Assembly (NCBI GenBank): GCA_038108555.1
Contig: JAYNIA010000005.1
Location: forward strand, 8,956 to 72,955
Length of the DNA stretch: 64,000 nucleotides
DNA from: Nitrospinota bacterium
Lineage (GTDB): Bacteria > Nitrospinota > Nitrospinia > Nitrospinales > VA-1
Direction: 5' to 3'
Made by a program: the position numbers and the translations under genes
Shown: positions 47,400 through 60,105 of the stretch, one piece after another
Numbering within the stretch: position 1 is the stretch's first letter
How the letters are laid out: each line of letters begins with the position of its first letter
The notes under the pieces: generated by a model
Told to the model about the DNA's origin: nothing
Database searches by the model: none
Seen by the model: the letters and a program-made list of their open reading frames with translations, nothing else

Positions 47400-49502
47400 T
47401 TAAACTGCTAGTTTCTCACTGGTACCGGTGGATTTTGCAATCAATTCCTCGGCCAAGGCTGCCGGAACAGAATCATATTTAGCAAACTCCATGGAATAAC
47501 TGGCCCGCCCCTGAGTCGCGGATCGAAGATCCGTGGAATACCCAAACATTCCCGACAAAGGAACTTCCGCCCTTACAACCTTTGCGCCAGCCCGATCTGA
47601 AAGGTCTTTGATCTTGCCGCGCTTGGAATTGAGCCGGCCTATAACATCACCCATAAACTCTTCAGGGGTGACCACTTCCACATCCATTACCGGCTCCAGC
47701 AACTGCGGCGCTCCCTTTTTACAAGCTTCCTGAAACGCTATCGACGCACAAATTTTAAACGCCATTTCGGAAGAATCCACATCATGAAAAGACCCGTCCA
47801 ACAGCGTTACCGAAATATCTACTGCGGGATAGCCACAAAGTATCCCTCTTGCCATCGACTCCACAACGCCCTTTTGAACAGCCGGAATATATTCTTTGGG
47901 GATGGCACCACCCACGATTTTATTAACGAACTCGAATCCCGTCCCTGCTTCCCTCGGTTCGATTTTTATAACGACATGACCATACTGACCTCGACCACCC
48001 GTCTGCTTGACGTATTTATATTCATGCTCAACCTGTTTAGTGATGGTCTCTTTATAAGCAACCTGCGGCTTAGAAACATCCACATCGAGCGAGAACTCCC
48101 GACGCATACGATCCACCAGCACTTCCAAATGCAACTCACCCATTCCCGAAATTACTGTTTGGTTGGTATCGGGATCCACACGCACCTGGAAGGTGGGGTC
48201 TTCCTGCAACAGCTTGACCAGACAATCTGAAAGTTTCTCCTGCTCTGCTTTCGTTTTTGGCTCGATCGCCACAGAAATAACCGGTTCGGGAAATTGAATC
48301 GCTTCCAAAATAATCGGATGGTCCTTATCGCAAAGCGTGTCTCCGGTGTAGGACTTTTTCAATCCAATCACCGCTGCGATATCCCCCGCCTTTACCGAAT
48401 CAACCTCTTCCCGTTTATTGGCGTGCATTCTCAGGATACGGCCCACACGTTCCTTTTCATTTTTTGTTGAGTTGTAGACATAAGAACCACTGGTCAACTC
48501 TCCAGAATAAACACGCACAAACGCCAACTGACCCACAAAAGGATCGGTCATAATTTTGAAAGCCAGGGCCGAGAAATGATCACCCACTTCCAGCTTGCGA
48601 CTTTCTTCTGCTTGCGTGTTGGGATTTGTACCCGTAATGGTTTTGAGTTCCTGAGGAGAGGGGAGGTAGGCTACTACAGAATCGAGCAATTGCTGCACAC
48701 CCTTATTTTTAAATGCCGCACCACATAAAATAGGAGTAAATTTGGATTCCAGGGTTCCCACTCTCAATGCGGCATTGATTTCCTCCACCGAGACCTCTTC
48801 GCCACCGAGGAATTTTTCCATAATGGCATCATCCACATCGGAGATGGATTCAATGAGTTTCTCGCGATACTCTTCCGCTTGATCTTTATACTCATCGGGG
48901 ATGTCTTCAACATCAAAGGTCTCACCTTTATTCTTTGCATCCGAATACACGTTGGCTTTCATATTGATAAGATCAATCACGCCAACGAAATCCGCCTCAA
49001 CCCCCAAAGGAAGTTGAATAGGCACCGGATGCGCATTCAACTTTTCTTTCATTTGCTCAACACAACCGAGGAAATTAGCCCCGGCCCGATCCATTTTATT
49101 CACAAAACAGATACGCGGAACATTGTATTTACTGGCCTGACGCCAAACCGTTTCAGACTGAGGCTCAACACCACTGACCGCATCGAAAACGCCAACAGCA
49201 CCATCCAAAACACGCAAGGACCGCTCCACTTCAGCAGTGAAATCCACATGCCCCGGGGTATCAATAATATTGATTTTATGCCCCAACCAGGAACAAGTCG
49301 TTGCCGCCGATGTAATGGTAATACCCCTTTCCTGCTCCTGCTCCATCCAGTCCATAGTGGCATTACCGTCATGCACCTCACCTATCTTATGGCTCTTTCC
49401 GGTGTAGTACAGGACTCTTTCAGTCGTCGTGGTTTTACCCGCATCAATATGCGCAATGATTCCAATATTGCGGGTCTTTTCAAGATCGATTTTTTTATTC
49501 AC
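47400..49502 (-). CDS. fusA: elongation factor G
   Basis: 700 aa, [17 protein letters not shown]; collinear with EF-G. Confidence 0.98.
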   Translation of the reverse strand: MNKKIDLEKTRNIGIIAHIDAGKTTTTERVLYYTGKSHKIGEVHDGNATMDWMEQEQERGITITSAATTCSWLGHKINIIDTPGHVDFTAEVERSLRVLDGAVGVFDAVSGVEPQSETVWRQASKYNVPRICFVNKMDRAGANFLGCVEQMKEKLNAHPVPIQLPLGVEADFVGVIDLINMKANVYSDAKNKGETFDVEDIPDEYKDQAEEYREKLIESISDVDDAIMEKFLGGEEVSVEEINAALRVGTLESKFTPILCGAAFKNKGVQQLLDSVVAYLPSPQELKTITGTNPNTQAEESRKLEVGDHFSALAFKIMTDPFVGQLAFVRVYSGELTSGSYVYNSTKNEKERVGRILRMHANKREEVDSVKAGDIAAVIGLKKSYTGDTLCDKDHPIILEAIQFPEPVISVAIEPKTKAEQEKLSDCLVKLLQEDPTFQVRVDPDTNQTVISGMGELHLEVLVDRMRREFSLDVDVSKPQVAYKETITKQVEHEYKYVKQTGGRGQYGHVVIKIEPREAGTGFEFVNKIVGGAIPKEYIPAVQKGVVESMARGILCGYPAVDISVTLLDGSFHDVDSSEMAFKICASIAFQEACKKGAPQLLEPVMDVEVVTPEEFMGDVIGRLNSKRGKIKDLSDRAGAKVVRAEVPLSGMFGYSTDLRSATQGRASYSMEFAKYDSVPAALAEELIAKSTGTSEKLAV

Positions 49503-49522
49503 TTTTGTTCTTTAAGCTCCTA

Positions 49523-49993
49523 TTACCAACGGTAGTGGGCAAATGCTTTATTGGCTTCCGCCATTCGATGAACTTCTTCTTTTTTCTTAATCGCTCCGCC
49601 TGAATTATTAAAGGCGTCCATAATTTCTCCGGTCAACTTATCCGCCATGGTTTTTCCTGATCGCTGCCTGGCATTTTGAATCACCCAGCGAATACTGAGA
49701 GCCATCCGGCGATTTTCCCTCACTTCAACAGGCACCTGATAAGTTGCGCCCCCAACGCGACGGGACCGAACCTCCAGTAGCGGGGCAGCGTTTTCAATCG
49801 CCTTGCGAAAAACGCGCAATGGCTCTTCTTTCCCCTTCGCTTCAATATTTTCCAGGGCTTTATAGAAAATGGTTTCCGCCAAACCCTTTTTCCCCTTATT
49901 CAAAATACAATTGATAAACCGGGCCACCAGCAAATCATTGAATTTTGGATCTGGAGTGATCTTCCTTTTTTGCGCTTCTCGTCTTCGTGCCAT
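49523..49993 (-). CDS. rpsG: 30S ribosomal protein S7
   Basis: 156 aa, canonical S7. Confidence 0.96.
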   Translation of the reverse strand: MARRREAQKRKITPDPKFNDLLVARFINCILNKGKKGLAETIFYKALENIEAKGKEEPLRVFRKAIENAAPLLEVRSRRVGGATYQVPVEVRENRRMALSIRWVIQNARQRSGKTMADKLTGEIMDAFNNSGGAIKKKEEVHRMAEANKAFAHYRW

Positions 49994-50007
49994 AGTTAGT
50001 TATCTAT

Positions 50008-50382
50008 TTATTTTTTTGGCTTTTTTGCGCCATATTTTGATCGACTCTGCATTCGCCCCTCAACTCCCAGCGTATCAAGACTTCCTCGGACCACGTGATA
50101 CCTTACCCCCGGCAAGTCCTTAACTCGACCCCCACGGATCATTACAATGGAGTGCTCCTGCAGATTATGCCCAACACCCGGGATGTAGGTCGTAACCTCC
50201 ATTCCATTGGTCAGACGCACACGCGCCACCTTTCGGAGCGCCGAATTCGGTTTTTTTGGCGTCGAGGTATAAACCCTGACGCAAACTCCTCGCTTTTGAG
50301 GACAAGCTTTTAGAGCCGGACTATCGGTTTTCTTAACCGGCTTGGTCCTTCCGGCTTTCACTAATTGATTAATTGTTGGCAA
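50008..50382 (-). CDS. rpsL: 30S ribosomal protein S12
   Basis: 124 aa, MPTINQLVK..., canonical. Start codon is TTG (plus-strand caa at 50380-50382), preceded by GGGGGGA. Confidence 0.96.
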   Translation of the reverse strand: MPTINQLVKAGRTKPVKKTDSPALKACPQKRGVCVRVYTSTPKKPNSALRKVARVRLTNGMEVTTYIPGVGHNLQEHSIVMIRGGRVKDLPGVRYHVVRGSLDTLGVEGRMQSRSKYGAKKPKK

Positions 50383-50523
50383 AAAATCATCCCCCCAAAT
50401 TAAAAAACACGCATGGGCATCAAAAAAACTGAGCTTACCCCATCAAATAAAACTGAACGTACCCAATGAAGTCAATAAAAACAAAGGGTTAAATCAGGTA
50501 AAATATGGCGTGAAAAAGGTGTA

Positions 50524-50551
50524 ATTGTACCATTGAATATCCGGGAGTCAA
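50524..50551 (-). promoter_or_regulatory. candidate sigma70-type promoter for rpsL-rpsG-fusA-tuf
   Basis: Minus strand reads TTGACT (50551-50546), a 16 nt spacer, then TACAAT (50529-50524). Lies in the 187 nt rpoC-rpsL gap. Confidence 0.45.
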
Positions 50552-50569
50552 GTTAAAAAAAAGGGGGAA

Positions 50570-53500
50570 TTATTCTGCCGCTACAGGCGTTTCCTCTTCC
50601 TCTTTTTCAACTGTATTTTCCATTTCCGGTTCTTCAATGCGAATTCCGCTGTATGCCCGACACCCGGTTCCAGCCGGGATCAATCGGCCCATTGTCACAT
50701 TTTCTTTTAAACCCACTAAATTATCGCGTTTTCCACTGACACTCACTTCCGTCAATACGCGGGTCGTCTCCTGAAATGATGCTGCGGAGATGAAACTTTC
50801 GGTGCTCAACGAGGACTTTGTAATTCCCAGGAGCACCGGAGCACCTTTAGCGGGTTTTTTCTTATTTTTTATTGCCTCCTGATTTGCTGCATTAAATACT
50901 TTTTTGGTGACTTGCTCACCGATCAAGAATTCAGTATCTCCTGAATCTTCAATGATCAAGTGGCGGAGCATTTGACGAACGATAACCTCAATATGTTTAT
51001 CGTTAATCGCAACACCCTGAAGTCGGTAAACCTCTTGTACTTCATTAACAAGGTATTTACGCAACTCGTCTTCACCCAGAACACGAAGGATGTCATGCGG
51101 GTTTGAAGCACCATCCATCAGGGCTTCACCAGCCACGACCTCATCACCTTCATGCACATTAATATGTTTTCCACGTGGGATCAGATATTCGCATTCGTCA
51201 CCCGATTCACTTTCAACAATTACTTTTCGCATTCCCTTCACAAAACCACCGAACTTAACTTTACCGGTGATCTCGGTGATGGTTGCCTGCTCATGGGGTT
51301 TCCTTGCCTCAAAAAGTTCTGCAACCCGGGGCAGACCCCCTGTGATGTCTTTTGTCTTCGCAGACTCACGAGGAATTTTTACAATCAAGTCACCGGCGTT
51401 TACATGATCGCCTTCATTAACATTGATGTTTGCTCCCGCAGGCAGGATATACCGTCGAACGGTTTCACCGCTAGCATCTTTCAGTGAAATTCTTGGTTGT
51501 TTCTTTTCATCGCGATGACTGATGATAACCTTGGTGGAAAGACCGGTGATCTCATCAAAGTCTTCCTTCATGGTCACACCTTCAACGATATCTCCAAATG
51601 CAATCGTCCCTTCAACCTCGGTCAATATCGCATTGGTATATGGATCCCATTCGATCAGCGTTTGCCCTTCCTGCACTTCCTGACCATCATTGACTTTAAG
51701 TTTCGCTGCATACACTACCGCGAATCTTTCTTTTTCCCTTCCAGTCTCATCTTGAATCACAAGACTTCCATTTCGATTCATTACGATGATTTCGCCCTGT
51801 TGATTTTTGAGAGTGCGGAGACCCATATATTTGACAACCCCTCCACGCTTGGTATTCAGCGTTGTCTGCTCCACCACCCGGCTTGCGGTTCCACCAATAT
51901 GGAAGGTACGCATCGTCAACTGAGTGCCCGGCTCGCCGATGGATTGCGCCGCGATAACACCTACAGGCTCACCCACCTCAACCCATTTCAAAGTTGCCAT
52001 GTTGCGACCGTAACACTTGACACAGACCCCCTGCTTAGATTCACAAGTTAAACAGGAGCGGATTTTTACTTTTTCAATACCGGCATTTTCAATCGCAATT
52101 ACCGTATCTTCTTCAATGAGACTATCCGCTTCCGCCAGAATATTTCCTGTAAAGGGATCGACCACATCTTCGAGAACCGTTCGCCCTAAAATCCTTTCGC
52201 CCAAAGGCTGGATTATTTCGCCGGCTTCAATCAAAGCAATGGCATCAATGCCTTTCAACGTTCCACAGTCGTCCTCCTGAACGATCATGTCCTGAGCAAC
52301 ATCCACCAGACGACGCGTCAGGTAACCGGAGTTTGCAGTTTTAAGCGCGGTATCCGCCAGACCTTTTCGCGCACCATGAGTAGAAATGAAATATTGAATA
52401 ACTGAAAGACCTTCACGGAAATTTGCGGTGATAGGTGTTTCAATAATTTCACCCGAAGGTTTGGCCATCAGCCCCCTCATTCCCGCCAACTGCCTTAGCT
52501 GCTGCGCACTTCCCCTTGCACCGGAGTCAGCCATAATAAAAATGGAATTAAAATCTTTATCCGTTTTACCATTGACCGTATCCTCATCTTCACTTTCCAG
52601 TTCCTTAAACATTTCTTCGGAAACCTTTTCAGTGACGTGCGCCCAAATATCGATAACCTTGTTGTAACGCTCACCATTGGTGATCAAACCATCGCGATAC
52701 TGCTTATGAACCCGAAGCACTTCATCGTTGGTTTTATCCACCAATTTGACTTTGGTTTTCGGTATCCGCATCTGATCAATCGAAATGGTGAGGCCCGCTT
52801 CGGTTGCATATTTAAATCCGAGCCGCTTGACATCATCCAGCAGGGTCACTGTTTTTTCCCTACCCACCACCAGGAAGGATTGGAAAATAAGATCAGAAAG
52901 CGATTTCTTATCCATCAATCGGTTGACCAGTTCAAAGGGCAATCCTTTTGGAAGGATCTCACCCAAAAGAACTCGACCAGTGGTCGTTTGCGTAAGCACA
53001 TTATCGATTCGCACCATAATCATCGCCTGAAGATCAAGCTCATCATGGTCATAGGCGGCAATCACTTCTTTCTGGTCGGCAAAAACTTTCCCGCTTCCTT
53101 TCACGCCACCACGAATTTTTGTCATGTAGTAACAACCCAAAACGATGTCCTGAGTCGGAACAGCAATAGGTCGACCATTCGCAGGAGACAGGACGTTGTT
53201 GGAGGACATCATCAACAACTTACATTCCGTTCTAGCCTCCATGGAAAGAGGAACGTGGACCGCCATCTGATCACCATCAAAGTCCGCATTAAATGCGGTA
53301 CAAACCATCGGGTGAACCTGAATTGCCTTCCCTTCGATCAACAGCGGTTCAAAGGCCTGGATTCCCAATCGATGCAAAGTGGGCGCGCGGTTTAAAAGTA
53401 CTGGGTGGTTTTTTACTACTTCTTCAAGAACTTCCCAAACTTCAGAGCGTTCCTGCTCAACCATTTTCTTGGCTGTTTTTATTGTGGTTGCATAACCTTT

Positions 53501-54658
53501 TTCTTCCAGTCGATTGAACACGAATGGCTTGAAAAGCTCCAACGCCATTTTCTTGGGAAGACCACATTGATGAAACTTCAAATGGGGACCTACTACGATG
53601 ACCGAGCGACCGGAGTAATCGACCCGTTTCCCTAAAAGGTTCTGCCGGAACCGACCCTGCTTTCCTTTAAGCATATCGCTCAGAGATTTTAGGGGACGCT
53701 TGTTGGTTCCGCGGAGAGTGCGGCCTCGTCGACCGTTATCGAACAATGCCGAAACGGCTTCCTGCAACATTCTTTTTTCGTTGCGAATGATAATCTGTGG
53801 CGCCTTTAATTCCTGCAAACGCTTGAGCCTGTTATTCCTGTTAATGACCCTTCTATAGAGATCATTCAAGTCGGAAGTAGCAAATCGTCCGCCATCCAAC
53901 GGAACCAGGGGACGCAACTCCGGTGGAATGACCGGAATGACCTGCAGGATCATCCATTCAGGCTTATTGCCTGATTTTCTGAAAGCCTCAATGATCTTCA
54001 ACCGTTTGGCAATTTTTCTTTTATTCATTACCGACTTGGTGGTGGTCATTTCTTCTTTCAACTGCAAAGACACATCATCCAAGTTCATGGGCCTGAGAAG
54101 TTCCGCCACACCTTCCGCACCAATCATTGCACGGAAAGTATCGGGGAATTCCATTTCCATCTCACGGTATTCCTCTTCGGTCAAAATCTGACCCACTTCC
54201 ATGTCTGAATCACCAGGATCGGTGACCACATAATTTTCAAAATAGATAATTCGTTCCAGGTCTTTGAGAGGAATATCCAGCAAATGCCCGAGCCGGCTTG
54301 GAAGACCTTTGAAGTACCAGATATGAGCAACAGGTGTTGCCAGCTCAATGTGAGCCAGTCGTTCGCGTCTAACCTTGGAAAGAGTAACCTCAACTCCGCA
54401 TTTTTCACAGATCACACCCTTGTGCTTCATACGTTTGTATTTACCGCAGGTGCACTCCCAGTCTTTAACTGGACCAAAAATTTTCGCACAGAACAATCCA
54501 TCCCGTTCCGGCTTGAACGTCCGGTAATTAATGGTTTCGGGTTTTTTGACTTCTCCATAAGACCATGAACGGATTTTTTCTGGAGAAGCAATTCGAACCC
54601 GGATTGCATCAAATAAAATAGGATTTTTTGGCTTATCGAAATTTGTCAGGCTATCCAC
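50570..54658 (-). CDS. rpoC: DNA-directed RNA polymerase subunit beta'
   Basis: 1362 aa. N-terminal Zn motif CxC...CxxC, catalytic NADFDGD, collinear with RpoC. Confidence 0.98.
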   Translation of the reverse strand: MDSLTNFDKPKNPILFDAIRVRIASPEKIRSWSYGEVKKPETINYRTFKPERDGLFCAKIFGPVKDWECTCGKYKRMKHKGVICEKCGVEVTLSKVRRERLAHIELATPVAHIWYFKGLPSRLGHLLDIPLKDLERIIYFENYVVTDPGDSDMEVGQILTEEEYREMEMEFPDTFRAMIGAEGVAELLRPMNLDDVSLQLKEEMTTTKSVMNKRKIAKRLKIIEAFRKSGNKPEWMILQVIPVIPPELRPLVPLDGGRFATSDLNDLYRRVINRNNRLKRLQELKAPQIIIRNEKRMLQEAVSALFDNGRRGRTLRGTNKRPLKSLSDMLKGKQGRFRQNLLGKRVDYSGRSVIVVGPHLKFHQCGLPKKMALELFKPFVFNRLEEKGYATTIKTAKKMVEQERSEVWEVLEEVVKNHPVLLNRAPTLHRLGIQAFEPLLIEGKAIQVHPMVCTAFNADFDGDQMAVHVPLSMEARTECKLLMMSSNNVLSPANGRPIAVPTQDIVLGCYYMTKIRGGVKGSGKVFADQKEVIAAYDHDELDLQAMIMVRIDNVLTQTTTGRVLLGEILPKGLPFELVNRLMDKKSLSDLIFQSFLVVGREKTVTLLDDVKRLGFKYATEAGLTISIDQMRIPKTKVKLVDKTNDEVLRVHKQYRDGLITNGERYNKVIDIWAHVTEKVSEEMFKELESEDEDTVNGKTDKDFNSIFIMADSGARGSAQQLRQLAGMRGLMAKPSGEIIETPITANFREGLSVIQYFISTHGARKGLADTALKTANSGYLTRRLVDVAQDMIVQEDDCGTLKGIDAIALIEAGEIIQPLGERILGRTVLEDVVDPFTGNILAEADSLIEEDTVIAIENAGIEKVKIRSCLTCESKQGVCVKCYGRNMATLKWVEVGEPVGVIAAQSIGEPGTQLTMRTFHIGGTASRVVEQTTLNTKRGGVVKYMGLRTLKNQQGEIIVMNRNGSLVIQDETGREKERFAVVYAAKLKVNDGQEVQEGQTLIEWDPYTNAILTEVEGTIAFGDIVEGVTMKEDFDEITGLSTKVIISHRDEKKQPRISLKDASGETVRRYILPAGANINVNEGDHVNAGDLIVKIPRESAKTKDITGGLPRVAELFEARKPHEQATITEITGKVKFGGFVKGMRKVIVESESGDECEYLIPRGKHINVHEGDEVVAGEALMDGASNPHDILRVLGEDELRKYLVNEVQEVYRLQGVAINDKHIEVIVRQMLRHLIIEDSGDTEFLIGEQVTKKVFNAANQEAIKNKKKPAKGAPVLLGITKSSLSTESFISAASFQETTRVLTEVSVSGKRDNLVGLKENVTMGRLIPAGTGCRAYSGIRIEEPEMENTVEKEEEETPVAAE

Positions 54659-54765
54659 TAGGGATTTCTCCTTTAATTAAGGTTTTCGCAAACCGCTATA
54701 TTTTTTCTTTAAAGGTCCCACTCAAAAACTCGGAACCCAACTGGGTCAAACGGAAAATAGATTTT

Positions 54766-57700
54766 CTATTTTCCCGATTCAATCAACTCGACATCAATGG
54801 CCAAGCTCTGCAACTCTTTAACGAGAACGTTAAAAGACTCAGGCAGACTCGGGTTGAGATGCGTGTCCCCCTTAACTATGGCTTCGTACATACGCTTACG
54901 ACCTTCAACATCATCCGACTTAACAGTAAGCATTTCTTGAAGGGTATACGCTGCACCGTATGCTTCCAGCGCCCAAACTTCCATCTCCCCCAGCCGTTGC
55001 CCACCGAACTGGGCCTTACCGCCCAACGGCTGTTGCGTAACCAGAGAATAGGGTCCTGTTGAACGCGCGTGAATTTTGTCATCAACCAGATGATGGAGTT
55101 TCAATATGTACAGATAACCCACCATCACCTTTTGTCGGAACGGCTGACCGGATCGACCATCAATCAAAGTCACCTCACCGGTTTCAGAGCATTCACCCTG
55201 CCGCAGCAATTCCCGAACCTCATCTTCTTTGGCACCATCGAAGACCGGCGTTGCCATATGTTTCTCATTTGCTTTGGCTGCCATTCCCAGGTTGGTTTCC
55301 AATATTTGCCCCACGTTCATTCGCGAGGGAACACCCAGTGGATTCAAAATGAGTTCGATCGGCTTACCACTTTCCATATAGGGCATATCCTCTTCAGGAA
55401 CAATGGTTGAAACCACACCCTTGTTACCATGCCGCCCCGCCATCTTGTCACCCACCTGAAGCTTGCGCTTCATTGCCATGAATACTTTCACCAACTTGAT
55501 TACGCCGGGAGACAGGTCGTCACCCTTTTTCAAGCGGGCGACCTTCTCTTCCAACATGGACTTGAGAATTGAGACCTGCTCTTTTGAGCTGGCTTCCATT
55601 TCAAGAAGGGTTTTCTCTTCCACTCCCTGGGCCGGCACTTTTGCCAAATCTTTAATACCCATTTTGGCGATGGCCTCTTCTTCGATGGCCTCACCCTTTT
55701 TAAAATCCACCTTGCCCACAGTCGTGGATTTGGATGCATTCTTACCTACCAGCAGGGAACACATTTTTTTCGCGGTTTCACTTTTTACGATGGCAATTTC
55801 ATCGTTATAATCCTTTTCGATCATAGCGATTTCTTCTTCTTCAATTGCCAGCGTGCGCGAGTCTTTATCGATTCCCTTTCGAGAGAAAACCTTCACATCG
55901 ATAACGGTTCCATGCACTCCAGGAGGAACCCGAAGAGACGTATCCCGAACATCGCCTGCTTTCTCACCGAAAATGGCTTTTAAAAGTTTTTCCTCAGGAC
56001 TGAGCTGGGTTTCACCCTTAGGAGTGATTTTCCCAACCAGGATGTCGTTCGGCTTGACATTCGCCCCCACACGGATGATTCCACTCTCATCCAAATTCTT
56101 CAGAGCTTCTTCCCCCAGGTTGGAAATGTCACGGGTGATCTCCTCCTTACCCTGCTTGGTATCGCGGGCCTCAACTTCAAACTCTTCGATATGCACGGAG
56201 GTGTAAACATCTTCCTTAACCAGTTTTTCACTTACGATAATTGCATCTTCAAAGTTGTAACCATCCCAAGGCATGAATGCGACAAGGATATTACGCCCCA
56301 ATGCAAGTTCGCCATGATCTGTTGCAGGCCCATCTGCAAGCACATCTCCCTTTTTCACCTTCTGCCCGGAAGAGACCCGGGGACGCTGGTTAATACAGGT
56401 GTTCTGGTTCGAACGTTGATACTTGTTCAATGAATAAATATCTACATTCGAGTCCAGTTGACTTCGGCGCGTTTTAACTTTTCCCACCGGTTTCTTTTCG
56501 GTACGGATAACAATGCGCGTTGCATCTGCACTGATTACCACACCATCATTTTCAGCCACCACCACTGCACCTGAGTCGTGCGCCACAATGGCTTCCATTC
56601 CGGTTCCTACCAGAGGAGCCTCGGATTGCAGCAAAGGCACTGCCTGGCGCTGCATGTTTGATCCCATCAACGCACGGTTCGCGTCATCATTTTCCAGGAA
56701 AGGAATCAAGGATGCGGCCACACTGATCAACTGTTTGGGTGACACATCCATAAAATCCACTTTCTCACGTGGAGAGAGAACAAAGTCTCCTCCTTTACGC
56801 GCCGACACGATGGGGTCGGAGAACCTTTTCTTTTCATCCATCTTGGCATTGGCCTGGGCGATAACATAGCTGTCTTCCACTAAAGCGGTGTGAAACTCTA
56901 CATCATCCTTAGCCACAGAGTCCTCAACCTTTCGGTATGGCGTTTCGATAAACCCGTAGTCATTTACCCGCGCATAAGTACTAAGAGAGGCAATCAATCC
57001 GATATTGGGTCCCTCAGGAGTCTCAATCGGACAGATTCGACCGTAATGGGTCGGATGCACATCACGCACTTCAAATCCTGCACGCTCTCGTGTCAGACCT
57101 CCCGGTCCCAACGCACTCAACCTTCTTTTATGAGTGACCTCAGAGAGGGGATTGGTTTGATCCATAAACTGGGACAGCTGACTGCTTCCAAAAAATTCCT
57201 TAATGGCAGCCGTCACCGGTTTTGAATTGATCAGATCGTGTGGCATAGAAACATCCAGATCCTGAATGGACATTCTTTCAATGATTGCCCGTTCCATTCT
57301 CACGATACCGACACGGAACTGGTTCTCCAGAGATTCTCCGACCGCCCGAACCCTTCGATTACCCAAGTGGTCAATATCGTCAATATCTCCGATACCGTTT
57401 TTCAGGTCGATGATATGCTTCACGACCGCCACCAGATCTTCCAAGGTCAGCAACCGGTTTTCCAAAGGAATATCCAAGCCAAACTTCTGGTTCAATTTGA
57501 TGCGTCCCACCACCGATAAATTGTAACGCTTTGGATTGAAAAACAAATTCGCAAAAAGAGAACGCGCTATTTCCGGTGTTGGAGGATCTCCCGGTCGCAA
57601 CCTTTTATAAATTTCCTTAATCGCCTCTTCCTGGCTTTGGGTTTTTGCTATTGCCAGGGTATCGCGGATAACAGTATCTGAGGTTTCTTCGTCAATATGC

Positions 57701-58983
57701 AAAATTTGGATTTCACTGAGCTTGTTTTTCTTGATGACCTCAAGAACGCCTTCCGTGATTTCCTGGTTGGACTCGACCTCAATTTCACCGGTCTCAGGAT
57801 CCACGATTTCATCAAACAGGAACCTGCCGATCAAACTTTCCGGATCGATCTCAACCTTGGTGGATCGGGTAATCCGGCTCAATTTTTTCGCCGCACCCAC
57901 AGTGACCTTTTTACCGGCCTTGAGAACCACATCATCCGTTTTCGGATCAATCACGTCTTCCTTCACCTTGAATCCGATAAGCAAATTTTTACTTCCCATA
58001 AAGAAGCGGAAGTCTTTTGCAGTAATACTTACTTTTTCAATGGAATAGTAGGTTTCGAGAATGGTTTTGGTATCCATTCCAAAAGCCTGCAAAAGGATCG
58101 TTGCCGGAAGCTTGCGCCTGCGGTCAATCTTCACATAAAGAAGATCCTTGATATCGAATTCGAAGTCGACCCAGGAACCGCGGTCAGGAATGATCCGTGC
58201 AGAATAGAGAATTTTTCCGCTAACATGAGATTTTCCCTTGTCATGAGAAAAGAAAGCCCCGGGAGAGCGATGCATCTGACTGACAATAACTCGCTCAACA
58301 CCATTGATCATGAAGGTGCCAGTGGGGCCCATCACGGGCATTTCACCCAGAAATATCTTTTGCTCTTTAACTTCGCGAACCGAATTGATGGTTACCTGGG
58401 GAACTTTTTCTTTTTCCAGGAGGGCAATTATTTCATCGGTGACTTCAGTCTTTGCCGGAATCAGGTTCTTGGACGTACCCGGTTTTTTGACCTCTTCTAC
58501 AATGACTTTTCCGTGAAGGTTTTTAAGGCTGCGGGCATTGATATCCACTGCCTCTCGATCAAAAAGCACGAGCCGGACCATGATTTTGATCGGATCAGAA
58601 TAGGTGAGACCCTTCTGGCGGCATTCACTAAACTTGTGCTTTTCTTTATAGGTAACTTCTTCGTTACAGGAGTCACAAATAATATTTGGCCCGCCGAGCT
58701 CCTTGTACTCACCACAGGAACACTCCCATATACCGACTTCGAAGCCGACATATTCAATCCGAGCGTTAACGTTCAGGTCAGAAATTGGGAAGACATCACT
58801 AAAAACATCTTCCAATCCCCTCACCTGTCGCTCATGCGGAGCCACGTCCCATTGCAGGAAATACTCGAAGGATTTTTTTTGTATCTCTATTAAGTTTGGA
58901 ATTCCAATGACGGTAGGAATTCGCGCGAAATTTTTTCTTTGTCTAAGATTGCCAAGCGCCCTTTGAGAACGGTTTTTTGACAT
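54766..58983 (-). CDS. rpoB: DNA-directed RNA polymerase subunit beta (with lineage-specific N-terminal insertions)
   Basis: 1405 aa, collinear with RpoB (rif region [17 protein letters not shown]..., C-terminal [15 protein letters not shown]). Has extra segments near residues 85-118 and 147-200 relative to E. coli as I recall it. Confidence 0.98.
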   Translation of the reverse strand: MSKNRSQRALGNLRQRKNFARIPTVIGIPNLIEIQKKSFEYFLQWDVAPHERQVRGLEDVFSDVFPISDLNVNARIEYVGFEVGIWECSCGEYKELGGPNIICDSCNEEVTYKEKHKFSECRQKGLTYSDPIKIMVRLVLFDREAVDINARSLKNLHGKVIVEEVKKPGTSKNLIPAKTEVTDEIIALLEKEKVPQVTINSVREVKEQKIFLGEMPVMGPTGTFMINGVERVIVSQMHRSPGAFFSHDKGKSHVSGKILYSARIIPDRGSWVDFEFDIKDLLYVKIDRRRKLPATILLQAFGMDTKTILETYYSIEKVSITAKDFRFFMGSKNLLIGFKVKEDVIDPKTDDVVLKAGKKVTVGAAKKLSRITRSTKVEIDPESLIGRFLFDEIVDPETGEIEVESNQEITEGVLEVIKKNKLSEIQILHIDEETSDTVIRDTLAIAKTQSQEEAIKEIYKRLRPGDPPTPEIARSLFANLFFNPKRYNLSVVGRIKLNQKFGLDIPLENRLLTLEDLVAVVKHIIDLKNGIGDIDDIDHLGNRRVRAVGESLENQFRVGIVRMERAIIERMSIQDLDVSMPHDLINSKPVTAAIKEFFGSSQLSQFMDQTNPLSEVTHKRRLSALGPGGLTRERAGFEVRDVHPTHYGRICPIETPEGPNIGLIASLSTYARVNDYGFIETPYRKVEDSVAKDDVEFHTALVEDSYVIAQANAKMDEKKRFSDPIVSARKGGDFVLSPREKVDFMDVSPKQLISVAASLIPFLENDDANRALMGSNMQRQAVPLLQSEAPLVGTGMEAIVAHDSGAVVVAENDGVVISADATRIVIRTEKKPVGKVKTRRSQLDSNVDIYSLNKYQRSNQNTCINQRPRVSSGQKVKKGDVLADGPATDHGELALGRNILVAFMPWDGYNFEDAIIVSEKLVKEDVYTSVHIEEFEVEARDTKQGKEEITRDISNLGEEALKNLDESGIIRVGANVKPNDILVGKITPKGETQLSPEEKLLKAIFGEKAGDVRDTSLRVPPGVHGTVIDVKVFSRKGIDKDSRTLAIEEEEIAMIEKDYNDEIAIVKSETAKKMCSLLVGKNASKSTTVGKVDFKKGEAIEEEAIAKMGIKDLAKVPAQGVEEKTLLEMEASSKEQVSILKSMLEEKVARLKKGDDLSPGVIKLVKVFMAMKRKLQVGDKMAGRHGNKGVVSTIVPEEDMPYMESGKPIELILNPLGVPSRMNVGQILETNLGMAAKANEKHMATPVFDGAKEDEVRELLRQGECSETGEVTLIDGRSGQPFRQKVMVGYLYILKLHHLVDDKIHARSTGPYSLVTQQPLGGKAQFGGQRLGEMEVWALEAYGAAYTLQEMLTVKSDDVEGRKRMYEAIVKGDTHLNPSLPESFNVLVKELQSLAIDVELIESGK

Positions 58984-59010
58984 AAGGCAGCATCCTTCTG
59001 GGAGAAAGAT

Positions 59011-59067
59011 TAACGGAAAATTTAACTGCTAACACAAATGCAAAACTGTTGCATCCAATCTCCGTTA
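59011..59067 (-). promoter_or_regulatory. nested stem-loop in the rplL-rpoB spacer (possible attenuator)
   Basis: Inner stem ATGCAA/TTGCAT (59038-59054). Outer pairing TAACGGA/TCCGTTA (59011-59017 with 59061-59067). Same position as the known E. coli rplL-rpoB attenuator. Confidence 0.3.
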
Positions 59068-59445
59068 CTTAACCTCCACAGTACCGCCAGCCTCCTCGAT
59101 TTTCTTTTTAATTTCTTCAGCTTCCTCTTTTTTCACGCCTTCTTTAATTGGCTTTGGAGCACCCTCCACCAAATCCTTCGCATCCTTCAAGCCCAAACCG
59201 GTAATGGTCCGAACTTCCTTAATGACCTGGATTTTCTTATCACCAGCTGCAGCAAGAATAACATCGAACTCGGTTTTTTCTTCAGCAGCCGCATCTCCTC
59301 CACCTGCAGCAGGAGCAGCAACAGCAACAGCAGGAGCTGCCGCAGTCACACCATATTTTTCTTCCAGTTCTTTTACAAACTCTGACATTTCCAAAACTGT
59401 CATATTATCGATAAAGGAAACTACGTCTTCCTTAGTGGCGGCCAT
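59065..59445 (-). CDS. rplL: 50S ribosomal protein L7/L12
   Basis: 126 aa. Ala-rich hinge and canonical C-terminal domain. Confidence 0.96.
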   Translation of the reverse strand: MAATKEDVVSFIDNMTVLEMSEFVKELEEKYGVTAAAPAVAVAAPAAGGGDAAAEEKTEFDVILAAAGDKKIQVIKEVRTITGLGLKDAKDLVEGAPKPIKEGVKKEEAEEIKKKIEEAGGTVEVK

Positions 59446-59528
59446 TACGCCCTCCTTTCAAAAAATGTTTTTTCTATAAAATCTGATTCAATAATTTATC
59501 AACCACGATCCCCCATCAGGGAACCGGT

Positions 59529-60056
59529 CTATTCGGATGCCTTTTTCTCTTTGATCGCCTCCAGCGTACCCACCAGTTTTCTCAGCAAACCACTCAGCGC
59601 TCCAACAAAATTTGTAGTTGGACCGTTCATGGTTGAAAGCAACTGGGCAATGAGCTGTTCTTTTGAAGGCAGATCAGCAAGCGCTTTTACTTCTTCCGGG
59701 GTCACCTTCTTCCCCTCAACAACACCGCAAATCACTTTGGGTGATTTTGCCGCACCGGATTTTGCATAGTCGGCCAGGGCTTTTGCCGGCGCAACCGCGT
59801 CATCAAAACTTAATACAAGTGAAACCGGGCCACTGAATTCCTTATCCAACAACTCAAACGGAGTATTTTTTGCAGCCTGCCTTGCCAGGGTATTTTTTAT
59901 CACCCGAAAATCAATTGCCCGTCCGCGCATGTGACTGCGCAGGGCCGTTAATTCAGGAGCATCAATCCCCTGATAATTGGCCAGAACCGCAGACTTGGCC
60001 TTCAGGAAAACCCCGTTAAGCTCTTCAACTTTTTTTATCTTTTCTGCATTTGGCAC
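59529..60056 (-). CDS. rplJ: 50S ribosomal protein L10
   Basis: Canonical L10. I prefer GTG at 60056, preceded by AGAGGTGG at 6 nt; the ORF track starts at TTG 60074. Confidence 0.92.
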   Translation of the reverse strand: MPNAEKIKKVEELNGVFLKAKSAVLANYQGIDAPELTALRSHMRGRAIDFRVIKNTLARQAAKNTPFELLDKEFSGPVSLVLSFDDAVAPAKALADYAKSGAAKSPKVICGVVEGKKVTPEEVKALADLPSKEQLIAQLLSTMNGPTTNFVGALSGLLRKLVGTLEAIKEKKASE

Positions 60057-60105
60057 GGTCGCCACCTCTTTCAATTACCACCCCGCAACCGGGGATTTTT
60101 TCAAA

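Noticed and set aside
57697-58893. 398 aa plus-strand ORF, the longest unassigned ORF in the track
   Set aside because: It lies entirely antisense to the strongly conserved rpoB. The translation is low-complexity with no recognisable motif. It is a typical shadow ORF of a long gene.
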